From Polaromonas sp. (lineage in GTDB: Bacteria; Pseudomonadota; Gammaproteobacteria; Burkholderiales; Burkholderiaceae_C), in NCBI GenBank assembly GCA_040400935.1, contig JBBAPH010000019.1, positions 1,140-65,139 on the forward strand: a stretch of 64,000 nt of DNA. The letters are read 5' to 3'. The stretch's first letter is position 1, and each line of letters opens with the position of its first letter. The position numbers and the translations under genes were made by a program. Below, piece after piece: positions 19,074-30,246 of the stretch. The notes beneath the pieces are model-generated. The model was not told where the DNA came from and did not search any database. It worked only from the letters and a program-made list of their open reading frames with translations.

Positions 19074-20069
19074 ATGAACCCCACCGACACCCCTACCAGC
19101 ACCGACAGCGTCGATGCCGTCGTCGCGCATCAGCGGCAGATCCAAGCCGCGCAAGACGCTCTGGATCGACAGCCCAAGCAATCGGGTGAACAGAAGCCGC
19201 CCGCCACCACTGAGACCGCCTATCCCGCGCCGCCTCTGCCGGCTCAGCATTTGGCCAAGCCTGGCTTGGAAGCTGATATGCCCTTGGCTCCGGCCTACAT
19301 GGCCCCGCAGTACCGTGGCAGCGGCAAGCTGCAAGACAAAGTCGCCGTCATCACCGGCGGTGACTCGGGCATTGGCCGGGCCGTGGCCGTTCTGTTCGCC
19401 CGCGAAGGGGCGGACGTGGCCGTGCTGTACTTGAGCGAAACAGAGGACGCTGAACTCACCCGCCAGCACGTCGAGCAAGAAGGCCGCCGCTGCCAATTGC
19501 TCTCTGGCGACGTGAAAGACGCCGCCTGGTGCCGCCTAGCCGTGCAAAGTGTGGTGCAGCAGTTTGGGCACTTGGATATCTTGGTGAACAACGCGGCCTT
19601 CCAAGCCCATGCGCAACACCCTGAGGACATCACGCCCGAGCGTTTTGACGAAACGCTGCGCACCAACCTCTACGGTTATTTCCACATGATCCAAGCCGCG
19701 CTGCCGCACCTGAAAGCGGGCAGTTGCATCATCAACACCGGCTCGGTGGTGGGGCTGCGCGGCAGCGGCACCTTGCTGGACTACGCAGCCAGCAAGGGCG
19801 CCATTCATGCCCTGACCAAATCGCTGGCGAGCAATTTGATCGAGCGCGGCATTCGCGTCAATGCGGTGGCGCCCGGTCCGGTCTGGACGCCGCTGAACCC
19901 AGCGGATAAACCACCTTCGCAGGTCGAGAAGTTTGGGCAAGACACCGACATGAAACGGCCCGCCCAACCGGAAGAGTTGTCACCGGCTTATGTGTTCCTG
20001 GCGTCACCCGCCTGCGCAAGCTACATCACAGGCGTGGTCTTGCCCATCACGGGCAGCGTGGACTGTTAG
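19074..20069 (+). CDS. Short-chain dehydrogenase/reductase (general-stress YhdF/YghA-like)
   Basis: TGGDSGIG, NNAA, YAASKGA (YxxxK), NAVAPGPVWTPL, AQPEE; N-terminal PAQHLAKPG extension. Confidence 0.9.
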   Translation: MNPTDTPTSTDSVDAVVAHQRQIQAAQDALDRQPKQSGEQKPPATTETAYPAPPLPAQHLAKPGLEADMPLAPAYMAPQYRGSGKLQDKVAVITGGDSGIGRAVAVLFAREGADVAVLYLSETEDAELTRQHVEQEGRRCQLLSGDVKDAAWCRLAVQSVVQQFGHLDILVNNAAFQAHAQHPEDITPERFDETLRTNLYGYFHMIQAALPHLKAGSCIINTGSVVGLRGSGTLLDYAASKGAIHALTKSLASNLIERGIRVNAVAPGPVWTPLNPADKPPSQVEKFGQDTDMKRPAQPEELSPAYVFLASPACASYITGVVLPITGSVDC

Positions 20070-22717
20070 CGCTTGAGCGTGTGACCCAGGGTTTTGGCGG
20101 CGGCGGAGAGACTGCGGGCGGATTCCCCATAAGCCTGCCAAGGGTCATTGCCCCGATCGAGCCGCTCGTGCACGGTCTGAACACGCCAATGGTCACCGCC
20201 GCGAAGGCTGCTCAGTTCATCCCAATCCACCGGCACGGAAATGCCCAAGCCAGGCCGTGCACGTGGCGACCAAGCCGCCACGGTAGTGGCGCCCACGCCG
20301 TTGCGCAAGTAATCGGCAAAGATCTTCCCCACGCGGTTGGACGGGCCGCTTTTCAACACGAAGCGCTGCGGCAAGGTTTTGGCCAAGTGCGCGACCACGG
20401 CTTGCGAAAAGTCTTTGGCGGCGTCCCAGCCCTGCAGTCGCTTGATGGGCACGACCACATGCAGGCCCTTGCCGCCGCTGGTTTTTAAAAAGGAACACAA
20501 ACCCAGTTCGTCCAACAAGGCTTTGACCAGGCTCGCAGCTTCCTGCATTTGCGCCCAGGCCAGGCCCTCGCCAGGGTCCAGGTCAAACACCAGTCGGTCT
20601 GGCTTGTCGTAAGCCCGGCCAACGGCGTTTTGCGTGTGAATTTCCAGCACATTCCATTGCGCAGCCGAGAGCAAGCCTTGGGTGCTGGCAATCTCCAACA
20701 TGGGTGCATGGCCGGGGTACAGCGCCGGGTCCATCTGCTCAATGCCGGGCAGTTTGCGTGTGTCGGTGTGCTTTTGAAAAAACAATTCGCCGCCTACGCC
20801 ATCGGGTGCTCGCACCAAGGCCAGCGGCCGGCCCTTGAGGTGCGGCAGCATGAGGTCGGCCACCAAGGCGTAGTAGCGCACCAAGTGCAATTTGGTGCTG
20901 CCAGAGGCGGCGTCGATCACGCGTTCTGGGTGGGTCATGCGCCAGCCCGTCGGCAAGTTGCTGTGCACCGAAGGCTCGGGGCTGCGCGCGGCCATGGCCG
21001 GAGATTGCTTGGGCTTTGCAACAGGCTGGGACTGCGCTGCTTCGCGCACGATGGTGCTGGCGGGCTTGTCGCTGCGCAGGCCCTGAAACACCGGATGCCG
21101 CACGCGGCCCGTCTGCGTCCATTCACCAAAGGACACCTCGGCCACCAACACGGGCCTGACCCAATGCGCGCCCCGCGGCAAGTCGCGGCTCGCTGCAAAA
21201 GGCGATTGCTCGGTGACCAGTTGGGCCAGTTGCGCCTGGAGCTCGCGCAAGCTGCGGTCATCAAAGCCCGTGCCCACGCTGCCCGCATAGCGCAGCTGCC
21301 CCCCTTCATGCACACCCAGCAGCAAGGCGCCCAAGCCAATGCGTGTGCCTTGCGGGTCGGTGTAGCCACCCACCACAAACTCTTGGCGTTGACCGCATTT
21401 GAGTTTGATCCAGTTGGGGCTGCGCTTGTGTTCATAAGGCGCGTCGCGCCGCTTGCCGATGACGCCTTCCAAGCCAAGATGGCAGGCCGACGCCACCACC
21501 TCGCCACCACTGGCCTCGAACTCCTGGCTGAAGCGCACCGCACCGCTGCGCCCGCCGCCGGGGCGCTCGGCCAAGAGCGCTTGCAAATAGGCACGCCTGG
21601 CTTGCAAGGGGACTTGGCGCAAGTCATGGCCCTTGCAAAAAGGCATGTCGAATAAAAAATAAAGCAGGTTCGCGCTGCGCGGGTTGTCCAGCGACTGCTG
21701 CAGCGCTTGAAAGTTCGGCAGGCCGCGCTCGTCCATTACCACCAGCTCGCCGTCATACCAACCGTCGGGCAGCGCCAGCGCTTGCAGGGCTTGCTGCAAG
21801 GGCGGCATCTTGCTCGTCCAATCGTGGCCGTTTCGGGTGATGAGCTGCACCTGCTGGCCTGCTTGCTTACCTTCAACTCGCGCCAGCAAACGGTAGCCAT
21901 CGAACTTGATCTCAAACAACCAATCCGCTGCGTTAGACGGCGCCTGACTCACCAGCGTCGCCAACTCAGGCTGCAGCACAGCGGGCAAGGGCGCGGGTTG
22001 TGAGCCGGCTGGCAGCTGAGCAGCGTCCATCGAGGCTGCACCGGAGGGGCGAAGGGGCTCGTCAGCCAGCACAGGCAGTCCCCGCACGCTGCCCGGCATT
22101 TCATCGAGCACGCTGAATTCCGCTGCTGGCCTGGCGAATTCGTCTTTTTCTTTGATGAGCAACCAGGCGTCTTGTGTGCGGTTCTTGCTATCGGCCGGTT
22201 TTCCCTTCATGCGCACCAGCGCCCAATGCCCGTTGAGCTTGTGGCCGCGCAGGGCAAACTTGAGATTGCCTTCGGCATAGCCGCGCTCGGCGTCACCCAC
22301 CGGCTGCCAGCTCCCTTTGTCCCAAATGATGACGCGGCCCGCGCCGTACTGCCCGCTAGGTATCTCACCTTCAAAGGCCGCATAGGCCAGCGGATGGTCT
22401 TCCACCGCCACCGCCATGCGCTTATCGCGCGGGTCAAGGCTCGGCCCTTTGGGCACGGCCCAGCTCTTCATCACACCGCCCAACTCGAGGCGAAAGTCGT
22501 AATGTAAGCGTGAAGCCCAATGTTTCTGGATGACGAATCCGAGCTGGTGAGGTGAAGCGCCTTTCTCTGTTCGTGGCCCAGGCTCTGGCGTGAGCGCAAA
22601 GTCTCGTTTGGCTTGGTAGGGCGCAAGTGCATCAGCGCTGCTTTGGGACGAGGAACTACCAGGCGACTTCGCGCTCGATCCTGACCGGCCTTTTTTTGCC
22701 TGGGGGGCAGACGCCAC
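20066..22717 (-). CDS. ligD: DNA ligase D (NHEJ), phosphoesterase-ligase-polymerase domain order
   Basis: PE domain (QKHWASRLHYDFRLE, SWAVPKGP, EDHP), ligase motif I EIKFDGYR, WIKLK, POL domain (VFDLDPG, KTSGGKGLHV, DYLRNG). GTG 22717 follows an AGGA RBS. Confidence 0.93.
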   Translation of the reverse strand: MASAPQAKKGRSGSSAKSPGSSSSQSSADALAPYQAKRDFALTPEPGPRTEKGASPHQLGFVIQKHWASRLHYDFRLELGGVMKSWAVPKGPSLDPRDKRMAVAVEDHPLAYAAFEGEIPSGQYGAGRVIIWDKGSWQPVGDAERGYAEGNLKFALRGHKLNGHWALVRMKGKPADSKNRTQDAWLLIKEKDEFARPAAEFSVLDEMPGSVRGLPVLADEPLRPSGAASMDAAQLPAGSQPAPLPAVLQPELATLVSQAPSNAADWLFEIKFDGYRLLARVEGKQAGQQVQLITRNGHDWTSKMPPLQQALQALALPDGWYDGELVVMDERGLPNFQALQQSLDNPRSANLLYFLFDMPFCKGHDLRQVPLQARRAYLQALLAERPGGGRSGAVRFSQEFEASGGEVVASACHLGLEGVIGKRRDAPYEHKRSPNWIKLKCGQRQEFVVGGYTDPQGTRIGLGALLLGVHEGGQLRYAGSVGTGFDDRSLRELQAQLAQLVTEQSPFAASRDLPRGAHWVRPVLVAEVSFGEWTQTGRVRHPVFQGLRSDKPASTIVREAAQSQPVAKPKQSPAMAARSPEPSVHSNLPTGWRMTHPERVIDAASGSTKLHLVRYYALVADLMLPHLKGRPLALVRAPDGVGGELFFQKHTDTRKLPGIEQMDPALYPGHAPMLEIASTQGLLSAAQWNVLEIHTQNAVGRAYDKPDRLVFDLDPGEGLAWAQMQEAASLVKALLDELGLCSFLKTSGGKGLHVVVPIKRLQGWDAAKDFSQAVVAHLAKTLPQRFVLKSGPSNRVGKIFADYLRNGVGATTVAAWSPRARPGLGISVPVDWDELSSLRGGDHWRVQTVHERLDRGNDPWQAYGESARSLSAAAKTLGHTLKR

Positions 22718-22860
22718 GAAGAGGTTTCCTTGTTCGTCAATGCAAAGAAGCATGACAGCACAAGACCTCGCGCCAGGTTGTCAGGCCCAGCCCGCCTAAG
22801 GTGTGAGCCAACGGCGACGTTCACCCCAGCAAGGTGCCGACAAGAGCGGCTCAGAAAAGC

Positions 22861-22888
22861 AAAAAGCCAACTCGAAAGTTGGCTTTTT
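22861..22888. terminator. Bidirectional Rho-independent terminator downstream of tRNA-Met
   Basis: AAAAAGCCAACT-CGAA-AGTTGGCTTTTT perfect stem with A/T tracts on both sides. Confidence 0.85.
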
Positions 22889-22925
22889 GTACCGGCCCAG
22901 CAGGTTGAACCTGAGGACTTGGATT

Positions 22926-23002
<77 letters not shown>

Positions 23003-23020
23003 GTATGTCTGTATTCTACC

Positions 23021-23419
23021 TTAAGCTTCCTTGCTTTCGGCAGAAACTTCTTCATTTACTTCAGGGCGATCGACCAACTCGACCAATGCCATCGGCGCGT
23101 TGTCACCGACGCGGAAACCCATCTTCAAGATGCGGGTGTAACCACCAGGACGAGCCTTGTAGCGTGGGCCGAGTTCGGCGAACAGCTTGACGACCATGTC
23201 GCGGTCGCGCAGGCGGTCAAATGCCAAACGCTTGTTGGCCAACGTTGGCTCTTTGGCCAGCGTGATCATGGGCTCGACCACGCGACGCAATTCCTTGGCC
23301 TTGGGCAGAGTGGTCTTGATGACTTCGTGCTGAATCAGCGAGTTCATCATGTTGCGCAGCATCGCCAAGCGATGGCTGGTGGTGCGGTTGAGTTTACGAA
23401 GTCCGTGTCCGTGGCGCAT
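23021..23419 (-). CDS. rplQ: 50S ribosomal protein L17
   Basis: [17 protein letters not shown]...RPGGYTRI. Confidence 0.98.
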   Translation of the reverse strand: MRHGHGLRKLNRTTSHRLAMLRNMMNSLIQHEVIKTTLPKAKELRRVVEPMITLAKEPTLANKRLAFDRLRDRDMVVKLFAELGPRYKARPGGYTRILKMGFRVGDNAPMALVELVDRPEVNEEVSAESKEA

Positions 23420-23504
23420 GGTGCTATTTCCTTCCAGTTTTTAATTCAGGCAGCCGTATCAGGTACTGCCCGTGCACTGCCTCTTACTTAAGAGGCGTTT
23501 GAGA

Positions 23505-24494
23505 TCAGCGCTTGTCCAGACCGGCCGGTGGCCAGCTTTCCAAACGCATGCCCAAGGTGAGACCGCGGGAAGCCAAAACTTCCTTGATCTCGTTGAGCGA
23601 TTTGCGGCCCAGATTTGGCGTTTTGAGAAGCTCGTTCTCGGTCCGCTGAATCAGGTCGCCAATGTAGTAGATGTTTTCGGCTTTGAGGCAGTTGGCGGAG
23701 CGAACCGTCAATTCCAACTCGTCCACCGGGCGCAACAAGATCGGGTCGAACTGCTGCGAGCTGCGCTGAACCGGTGCATCAAACGCAGCCAATTCGTTGC
23801 CTTCGAGCTGGGCGAACACCGCCAATTGCTCGACCAGGATCTTGGCCGAAGCGCGCACAGCGTCTTCAGCCGTCACCGCGCCGTTGGTCTCGATTTCCAG
23901 GACCAGCTTGTCCAGATCGGTACGCTGCTCAACGCGGGCGCTTTCGACGGTGTAGCTGACGCGCTTGACCGGCGAGAACGAAGCGTCCAGCACGATACGA
24001 CCAATCGACTTGGTCGACTCGTCGCCGTAGCGGCGCATGGTGCCGGGCACATAGCCGCGGCCATTTTCAACCTTGATCTGCATGTCGATCTTGCCGCCGT
24101 GCGACAAGTTCACGATCACGTGCTCAGGGTTGATGATCTCGACGTCATGCGGCGTCTGGATGTCGGCAGCGGTCACAGGACCTTCGCCGTCTTTGCGCAG
24201 GCTCAGCGTGACTTCATCACGGTTGTGCAGCTTGAACACCACACCCTTGAGGTTCAACAAAATGTTGACCACGTCTTCTTGCACACCGTCGATCGACGAG
24301 TACTCGTGCAGAACACCCGCGATCGTCACTTCGGTGGCGGCATGGCCGACCATGGAAGACAGCAGCACACGGCGCAGGGCATTGCCCAGCGTGTGGCCAT
24401 AGCCGCGCTCGAAAGGCTCCAGCGTGACCTTGGCGCGGTTGGCAGCGAGCTGCTCAACGTTGATGGTTTTTGGTTTTAACAGATTGGTTTGCAT
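23505..24494 (-). CDS. rpoA: RNA polymerase alpha subunit
   Basis: [18 protein letters not shown]; alpha-[15 protein letters not shown]...NLGRKSL. Confidence 0.99.
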   Translation of the reverse strand: MQTNLLKPKTINVEQLAANRAKVTLEPFERGYGHTLGNALRRVLLSSMVGHAATEVTIAGVLHEYSSIDGVQEDVVNILLNLKGVVFKLHNRDEVTLSLRKDGEGPVTAADIQTPHDVEIINPEHVIVNLSHGGKIDMQIKVENGRGYVPGTMRRYGDESTKSIGRIVLDASFSPVKRVSYTVESARVEQRTDLDKLVLEIETNGAVTAEDAVRASAKILVEQLAVFAQLEGNELAAFDAPVQRSSQQFDPILLRPVDELELTVRSANCLKAENIYYIGDLIQRTENELLKTPNLGRKSLNEIKEVLASRGLTLGMRLESWPPAGLDKR

Positions 24495-24591
24495 GCAGTC
24501 TTCCTCTCAATACCCTCGGCTCGTTACACCGATAAGGCCGGGTGAAGCAGACCTGGCGCGAACGAATGGACGCGCCAGGAACGAGAAAAAA

Positions 24592-25215
24592 TTAACGTGA
24601 GTACAACTCGACGATCAACGATTCGTTGATGTCGGAAGCGAACTCGTCACGGTCAGGAACCTTCTTGAAGGTGCCTTCGCCCTTGTCGATGCTGACTTCC
24701 ACCCAAGCTGGCATGCCAACTTGCTGGGCCAGTTGCAGGGCCTCGACCACGCGGTTTTGCTTCTTGGACTTCTCGCGAACGGCAACCACGTCGCCGACCT
24801 TCACGAGGTAAGAAGGAATGTTGACCGACTGGCCGTTGACTGTGATGGCCTTGTGGGACACCAACTGGCGCGCTTCAGCGCGGGTCGAGCCAAAGCCCAT
24901 GCGGTACACGACGTTGTCCAGGCGGCATTCCAGCAGGAACAGCAAGTTGGCGCCGGTGTTGCCCTTGCGGCGGTCGGCTTCTTCGAAGTAGCGGCGGAAT
25001 TGCTTTTCCAGCACGCCGTACATGCGCTTGACCTTCTGCTTTTCGCGCAGCTGCAGACCGTAGTCCGAGGTGCGCATGCCCGAAGTGCGGCCGTGTTGGC
25101 CAGGCTTGGAGTCGAACTTGGCCTTGTCACCGATCGCGCGACGGGCGCTTTTCAGGAACAGGTCGGTGCCTTCACGGCGGGAAAGTTTGGCCTTGGGGCC
25201 GAGGTAACGTGCCAC
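24592..25215 (-). CDS. rpsD: 30S ribosomal protein S4
   Basis: GTG start [16 protein letters not shown]; [14 protein letters not shown]. Confidence 0.98.
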   Translation of the reverse strand: MARYLGPKAKLSRREGTDLFLKSARRAIGDKAKFDSKPGQHGRTSGMRTSDYGLQLREKQKVKRMYGVLEKQFRRYFEEADRRKGNTGANLLFLLECRLDNVVYRMGFGSTRAEARQLVSHKAITVNGQSVNIPSYLVKVGDVVAVREKSKKQNRVVEALQLAQQVGMPAWVEVSIDKGEGTFKKVPDRDEFASDINESLIVELYSR

Positions 25216-25354
25216 TTGCTGGTCCTTTTGTCTTCTGCTGCACACACGGTGCAGGAGCCCTCGGTACGAAACCTATCGGCGGTGGGCTTGGTGAAAATGC
25301 AACAAGCCTGGTCGGCTGCTCAGCGCAGCTGCCCAGGCCCGTGCGGGGGGAGGT

Positions 25355-25759
25355 TTAGATGCGACGGCGCTTTTGAGGGCGGCAGCCGTTGTGCGGCACA
25401 GGGGTCACGTCGGCGATGGAATTGATCCGGATGCCGAGTGCGCCCAGGGCGCGAACAGACGACTCACGTCCAGGGCCGGGGCCCTTGATTTCGACGTCCA
25501 CGTTCTTGATGCCTTGCTCAATGGCAGCGCGGCCAGCGACTTCAGAAGCCACCTGGGCTGCGAAAGGCGTGGACTTGCGTGAACCCTTGAAACCCTGACC
25601 GCCCGAAGACGCCCAGGACAGCGCATTGCCCTGACGATCAGTGATCGTGATGATGGTGTTGTTGAAAGACGCGTGGATGTGAGCGACACCGTCGGCCACG
25701 TTCTTGCGAACTTTCTTGCGAACGCGTTGCGATGCGCTGCTGCTCTGTTGTTTTGCCAT
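25355..25759 (-). CDS. rpsK: 30S ribosomal protein S11
   Basis: [28 protein letters not shown]. Confidence 0.98.
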   Translation of the reverse strand: MAKQQSSSASQRVRKKVRKNVADGVAHIHASFNNTIITITDRQGNALSWASSGGQGFKGSRKSTPFAAQVASEVAGRAAIEQGIKNVDVEIKGPGPGRESSVRALGALGIRINSIADVTPVPHNGCRPQKRRRI

Positions 25760-25772
25760 GGATTACCTTCGA

Positions 25773-26138
25773 TTATTTCTTCAAGGAAGCAGCTGCCTTG
25801 CGTGGACCTTTGCGCGTGCGCGCATTGGTACGCGTGCGCTGACCGCGCATCGGCAGACCACGGCGGTGACGGAAGCCGCGGTAGCAACCGATGTCCATCA
25901 AACGCTTGATGTTCATGGTCGTCTCGCGACGCAGGTCACCTTCGATCGTGAACAAGGCGATCTGGTCGCGGATCTTCTCGAGATCAGCGTCCGTCAGATC
26001 CTTGATCTTCTTGGCGTAGGCAATGTCACAGGCTTCGCAGATCTTGCGAGCGCGCGTGCGACCAATGCCAAAAATTGCAGTCAGACCGATTTCGGCGTGC
26101 TGCTGCGGCGGAATGTTGATACCAGCGATACGAGCCAT
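25773..26138 (-). CDS. rpsM: 30S ribosomal protein S13
   Basis: [37 protein letters not shown]. Confidence 0.98.
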   Translation of the reverse strand: MARIAGINIPPQQHAEIGLTAIFGIGRTRARKICEACDIAYAKKIKDLTDADLEKIRDQIALFTIEGDLRRETTMNIKRLMDIGCYRGFRHRRGLPMRGQRTRTNARTRKGPRKAAASLKK

Positions 26139-26163
26139 ATGCGTCCTCTAAATACTCTTGAAA

Positions 26164-26277
26164 TCAGCCTTGACGCTGTTTATGGCGCGGGTCCGTGCAG
26201 ATGACACGGACAACGCCTTTGCGACGGATGATTTTACAGTTGCGGCAAATCTTCTTGACCGAAGCTGAAACTCTCAT
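26164..26277 (-). CDS. rpmJ: 50S ribosomal protein L36 (zinc-ribbon C+ form); below the ORF-track size cutoff
   Basis: Translated by hand: [37 protein letters not shown]; GGAG RBS upstream. Confidence 0.97.
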   Translation of the reverse strand: MRVSASVKKICRNCKIIRRKGVVRVICTDPRHKQRQG

Positions 26278-26372
26278 TTTCTTCTCCTAGACTTTCTCTG
26301 TGCCTGCGCACAAAACACGATTTTTAAGGCGCTGCGCAGCTGCTGCGCATTCACCATCCGGTGGAACCAAGC

Positions 26373-27683
26373 TCAACTACCGGGCTTGAAATTCGCCTTC
26401 TTCAACAACGACTCATACTGCTGCGACATCATGTAGTTTTGAACCTGGGCCATGAAGTCCATGGTCACCACCACGATGATCAGCAAAGAGGTACCGCCAA
26501 AATAGAACGGCACGTTGTATTTCAAAATCAAAAACTCCGGCAACAAACACACGAAGGTGATGTACGCCGCGCCCGCCAAAGTCAGGCGAACCAAAATCTT
26601 GTCGATGTACTTGGCCGTCTGGTCACCCGGACGAATACCTGGAATGAAAGCACCGCTCTTTTTCAGGTTGTCGGCCGTCTCGCGGCTGTTGAACACCAGC
26701 GCCGTGTAGAAAAAGCAGAAGAACACAATCGCAGCGGCATACAGCATCACGTAGATCGGCTGGCCGGGCGTAAGCGTTGCTGCGATGTCCTTGAGCCAGC
26801 GCATGCCGTCACCCGTGGTGAACCAACCGACCACCGTGGCCGGCAGCAAAATGATGGACGAGGCGAAAATCGGAGGAATCACGCCAGCCATGTTCAGCTT
26901 CAGCGGCAAGTGCGACGACTGACCGCCGTACACCTTGTTGCCCACTTGCCTTCTGGCGTAGTTGACCAGGATCTTGCGCTGACCACGCTCGACAAACACC
27001 ACGAAGTACGTGACCAACGCCACCACCACCACGATCACCAGGGCCACGAGGATGCTCATGGCGCCGGTACGCACCAGCTCCATCAAGCCACCCAAGGCGC
27101 TCGGCAAGCCAGCGGCAATACCTGCAAAAATCAGAATAGAAATACCGTTGCCCAAGCCGCGCTCGGTGATCTGCTCACCCAGCCACATCAGGAACATCGT
27201 GCCCGCCGTCAAGCTGACCACAGCCGTCATGCGAAAACCAAAACCAGGGGCCAGCACCAGACCAGGCGAGCTTTCCAAGGCTACCGCAATGCCCATGGAC
27301 TGGAACAAAGCCAAGCCCAGCGTGCCGTAGCGGGTGTACTGCGTGATCTTGCGACGACCGCCTTCGCCTTCTTTCTTGAGCTGCTCGAATGTCGGCACGA
27401 CATAGGTGAGCAACTGCATGATGATCGAGGCGGATATGTAGGGCATGATGCCCAGCGCAAACACCGTGAAGCGCGACAGCGCGCCACCCGAGAACATGTT
27501 GAACAAGTTCAAGATGCCGCCCTGCTGGCCGCTGAACAGCGACTTCAGCTGAGCCGCATCGATGCCCGGCACAGGGATGTGCGCACCCACGCGGTAAACC
27601 ACCAGGGCCAGCAACAAAAACACCAGACGATTGCGCAGGTCACCGTACTTGCCGGTCTTTGCAATGGATGGGGAGCTGGCCAC
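26373..27683 (-). CDS. secY: Preprotein translocase subunit SecY
   Basis: [45 protein letters not shown]. Confidence 0.99.
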   Translation of the reverse strand: MASSPSIAKTGKYGDLRNRLVFLLLALVVYRVGAHIPVPGIDAAQLKSLFSGQQGGILNLFNMFSGGALSRFTVFALGIMPYISASIIMQLLTYVVPTFEQLKKEGEGGRRKITQYTRYGTLGLALFQSMGIAVALESSPGLVLAPGFGFRMTAVVSLTAGTMFLMWLGEQITERGLGNGISILIFAGIAAGLPSALGGLMELVRTGAMSILVALVIVVVVALVTYFVVFVERGQRKILVNYARRQVGNKVYGGQSSHLPLKLNMAGVIPPIFASSIILLPATVVGWFTTGDGMRWLKDIAATLTPGQPIYVMLYAAAIVFFCFFYTALVFNSRETADNLKKSGAFIPGIRPGDQTAKYIDKILVRLTLAGAAYITFVCLLPEFLILKYNVPFYFGGTSLLIIVVVTMDFMAQVQNYMMSQQYESLLKKANFKPGS

Positions 27684-27723
27684 TGAGGGTTATCCGTTCA
27701 AAAAGTTGTCGAGACTAGAAGCT

Positions 27724-28155
27724 TCAAGCCAGCGCGCCGCCGGCAGCTTCAATCGCCGCCTTGGCACCAGCCGTGGCACCAATACCGTTGAGCTTGACCG
27801 CGCGGGTCAACTCACCAGTCTTGATGACCTTGACGGTCTTCGCGATTTGGCTGATCAGACCAGCTGTTTTCAGCGTCAGGACATTGACTTCCGCCAGACC
27901 GAGCTGCTCAAGCGCTGCCAGGGTGACTTCGGCGTTGAACTTGAGATTGGCCGACTTGAAGCCGCGCTTGGGCAAGCGACGCTGCAAAGGCATCTGACCG
28001 CCTTCAAAGCCCACCTTGTGGTAGCCGCCCGAACGGGATTTTTGACCCTTGTGACCGCGACCTGCGGTCTTACCCAGACCGGAACCGATGCCGCGACCGA
28101 CACGGCGCTTGGCATGCTTGGCACCGTCGCCAGGTTGAATTGCGTTTAATTCCAT
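27724..28155 (-). CDS. rplO: 50S ribosomal protein L15
   Basis: [30 protein letters not shown]. Confidence 0.98.
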   Translation of the reverse strand: MELNAIQPGDGAKHAKRRVGRGIGSGLGKTAGRGHKGQKSRSGGYHKVGFEGGQMPLQRRLPKRGFKSANLKFNAEVTLAALEQLGLAEVNVLTLKTAGLISQIAKTVKVIKTGELTRAVKLNGIGATAGAKAAIEAAGGALA

Positions 28156-28168
28156 GATGCGCCTGCCC

Positions 28169-28351
28169 TTACAGAATCTTGACCAGATAACTGATCTTGT
28201 TGATCATGCCGCGCACTGCGGGCGTGTCTTCCAGCTCACTGGTGCTGTTGATGCCGCGCAGACCCAGGCCGCGCACCGTTGCGCGGTGCGATTCCTTGGT
28301 GCCGATCGGGCTCTTCACGAGCTGGACCTTGATTTTGTTTGCTGTCGTCAT
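28169..28351 (-). CDS. rpmD: 50S ribosomal protein L30
   Basis: VKSPIG...TVRGLGL...DTPAVRGMI. Confidence 0.97.
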   Translation of the reverse strand: MTTANKIKVQLVKSPIGTKESHRATVRGLGLRGINSTSELEDTPAVRGMINKISYLVKIL

Positions 28352-28363
28352 TTACTTCTCGCT

Positions 28364-28882
28364 TTAGCCGAAGATGTCTTCGACCGATTTGCCACGCTTG
28401 GCAGCGATATCGCCAGCCGTCGTGGAGTTGTTCAAAGCGTCCATGGTGGCGCGCACCATGTTGTACGGGTTGCTCGAACCATGGCTCTTGGCCACGATGT
28501 CGGTGATGCCCATGACTTCAAAAATAGCGCGCATCGGGCCGCCGGCAATGATGCCAGTACCCTTGGGTGCCGGCGCCATCATGACGTTGGCGGCACCGTG
28601 GTGACCGAACACATTGTGGTGGATGGTGCCGTTTTTCAACGAGACCTTGACCATGTTGCGACGCGCTTCTTCCATGGCTTTTTGCACGGCTGCTGGCACT
28701 TCTTTCGACTTGCCCTTGCCCATGCCGACACGGCCTTCGCCGTCACCGACCACGGTGAGTGCGGCAAAGCCGAGAATTCGACCGCCCTTGACGACTTTGG
28801 TGACGCGGTTGACCGCGATCATCTTTTCCTTCAGACCATCGTCTGGAGCGTCGTTGTTTGATTTAGCTTGAAACTTGGCCAT
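28364..28882 (-). CDS. rpsE: 30S ribosomal protein S5
   Basis: [30 protein letters not shown]. Confidence 0.98.
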   Translation of the reverse strand: MAKFQAKSNNDAPDDGLKEKMIAVNRVTKVVKGGRILGFAALTVVGDGEGRVGMGKGKSKEVPAAVQKAMEEARRNMVKVSLKNGTIHHNVFGHHGAANVMMAPAPKGTGIIAGGPMRAIFEVMGITDIVAKSHGSSNPYNMVRATMDALNNSTTAGDIAAKRGKSVEDIFG

Positions 28883-28897
28883 ACTTAAATCCAGTAC

Positions 28898-29263
28898 TTA
28901 GAACTGCAAGCCAGCTTCACGCGCTGCCTCAGCCAGCGCCTTGACGCGGCCGTGGTAGGCGAAACCAGCGCGGTCAAACGCGACTTTTTCAACACCTGCG
29001 GCTTTGGCCTTTTCAGCAATACGCTTGCCGATAGCCGTGGCTGCAGCCACATTGCCGCCCTTGCCCGACGCGCCGATTTCCTTGCGGATTTCGACTTCGG
29101 CCGTGGAGGCGGAGGCCAGCACCTTGGTGCCGTCGCCAGAGATAACGCTGGCGTAAATGTGCAAATTGGTGCGATTCACCGTCAGACGAGCCACGCCTTG
29201 CGTTGCAATGCGGATGCGGGTCTGGCGTGAACGACGAAGGCGCTGCTCTTTTTTGGTCAACAT
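28898..29263 (-). CDS. rplR: 50S ribosomal protein L18
   Basis: [28 protein letters not shown]. Confidence 0.98.
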   Translation of the reverse strand: MLTKKEQRLRRSRQTRIRIATQGVARLTVNRTNLHIYASVISGDGTKVLASASTAEVEIRKEIGASGKGGNVAAATAIGKRIAEKAKAAGVEKVAFDRAGFAYHGRVKALAEAAREAGLQF

Positions 29264-29274
29264 GATGCAGCTCC

Positions 29275-29808
29275 TTATTTCTTCTTGGTTTCTTTGATCG
29301 TGATCTTCTCATCCGAATAACGGATGCCCTTGCCCTTGTAAGGCTCGGGAGGACGAACAGCACGAACTTCAGCAGCGATCTGACCGACGCGCTGACGGTC
29401 CGAACCCTTGATCACCACTTCCGTGGGGGTAGGAGTTTCGACCTTGATGCCAGCAGGCATGTCAATGATCACAGGGTGCGAATAACCAACGGTCAGGTTC
29501 AGCTTGGCGCCTTGCGCCTGAGCCTTGTAACCCACACCGATCAGGCTGAGCTTTTTCTCAAAGCCCTTGGTGACACCCGTGACCATGTTGTTGACCAACT
29601 GGCGCATGGTGCCGCTCATGGCATCTGCTTCACGCGAATCGTTGGCTGGCGCAAACGTCAGCTTGCCCGCATCGTTGCTGATGGTGACAAGCGCGTTTTG
29701 GGCCAGTGCCAGGGCGCCGAGAGCACCCTTGACATTGATCTGGTCTTCTTTGAAAGCCACGTCCACACCCTGGGGCAGGACGACTGGCATTTTTGCTACA
29801 CGAGACAT
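29275..29808 (-). CDS. rplF: 50S ribosomal protein L6
   Basis: [21 protein letters not shown]. Confidence 0.98.
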   Translation of the reverse strand: MSRVAKMPVVLPQGVDVAFKEDQINVKGALGALALAQNALVTISNDAGKLTFAPANDSREADAMSGTMRQLVNNMVTGVTKGFEKKLSLIGVGYKAQAQGAKLNLTVGYSHPVIIDMPAGIKVETPTPTEVVIKGSDRQRVGQIAAEVRAVRPPEPYKGKGIRYSDEKITIKETKKK

Positions 29809-29832
29809 TTCAATTACTCCTCAATGCCGCCG

Positions 29833-30228
29833 TTAGGCCACGTAGCACAACACTTCGCCACCGATACCGGTTGCGCGTGCTTTGCGGTCGGTCATGACAC
29901 CCCGGGGGGTCGTGACGATTGCCACACCCAAGCCGTTCATGACCTGGGGGATGGCACCGTGGCCTTTGTACACACGAAGACCGGGGCGACTGACGCGCTC
30001 GATGCGCTCAATCACCGGGCGGCCTGCGTAATACTTCAGGGCAATTTCCAACTGGGCTTTGCCATCGTCGTTCTTGACGGAGAAGCCATCGATGTAGCCC
30101 TCATCCTTCAGAACCTGGGCGATAGCCACTTTGACTTTTGAAGACGGCACCTGCACAACAGCTTTTTCAACCATTTGTGCATTGCGGATACGCGTCAGCA
30201 TGTCGGCGATAGGATCACTCATACTCAT
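29833..30228 (-). CDS. rpsH: 30S ribosomal protein S8
   Basis: [31 protein letters not shown]. Confidence 0.98.
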   Translation of the reverse strand: MSMSDPIADMLTRIRNAQMVEKAVVQVPSSKVKVAIAQVLKDEGYIDGFSVKNDDGKAQLEIALKYYAGRPVIERIERVSRPGLRVYKGHGAIPQVMNGLGVAIVTTPRGVMTDRKARATGIGGEVLCYVA

Positions 30229-30246
30229 TTGTGGTTCTCCTAGTGC

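Noticed and set aside
17433-22925. Possible integrative element or prophage at tRNA-Met
   Set aside because: No integrase, no phage genes and no direct repeat of the tRNA 3' end visible; kept only as a degenerate islet hypothesis.
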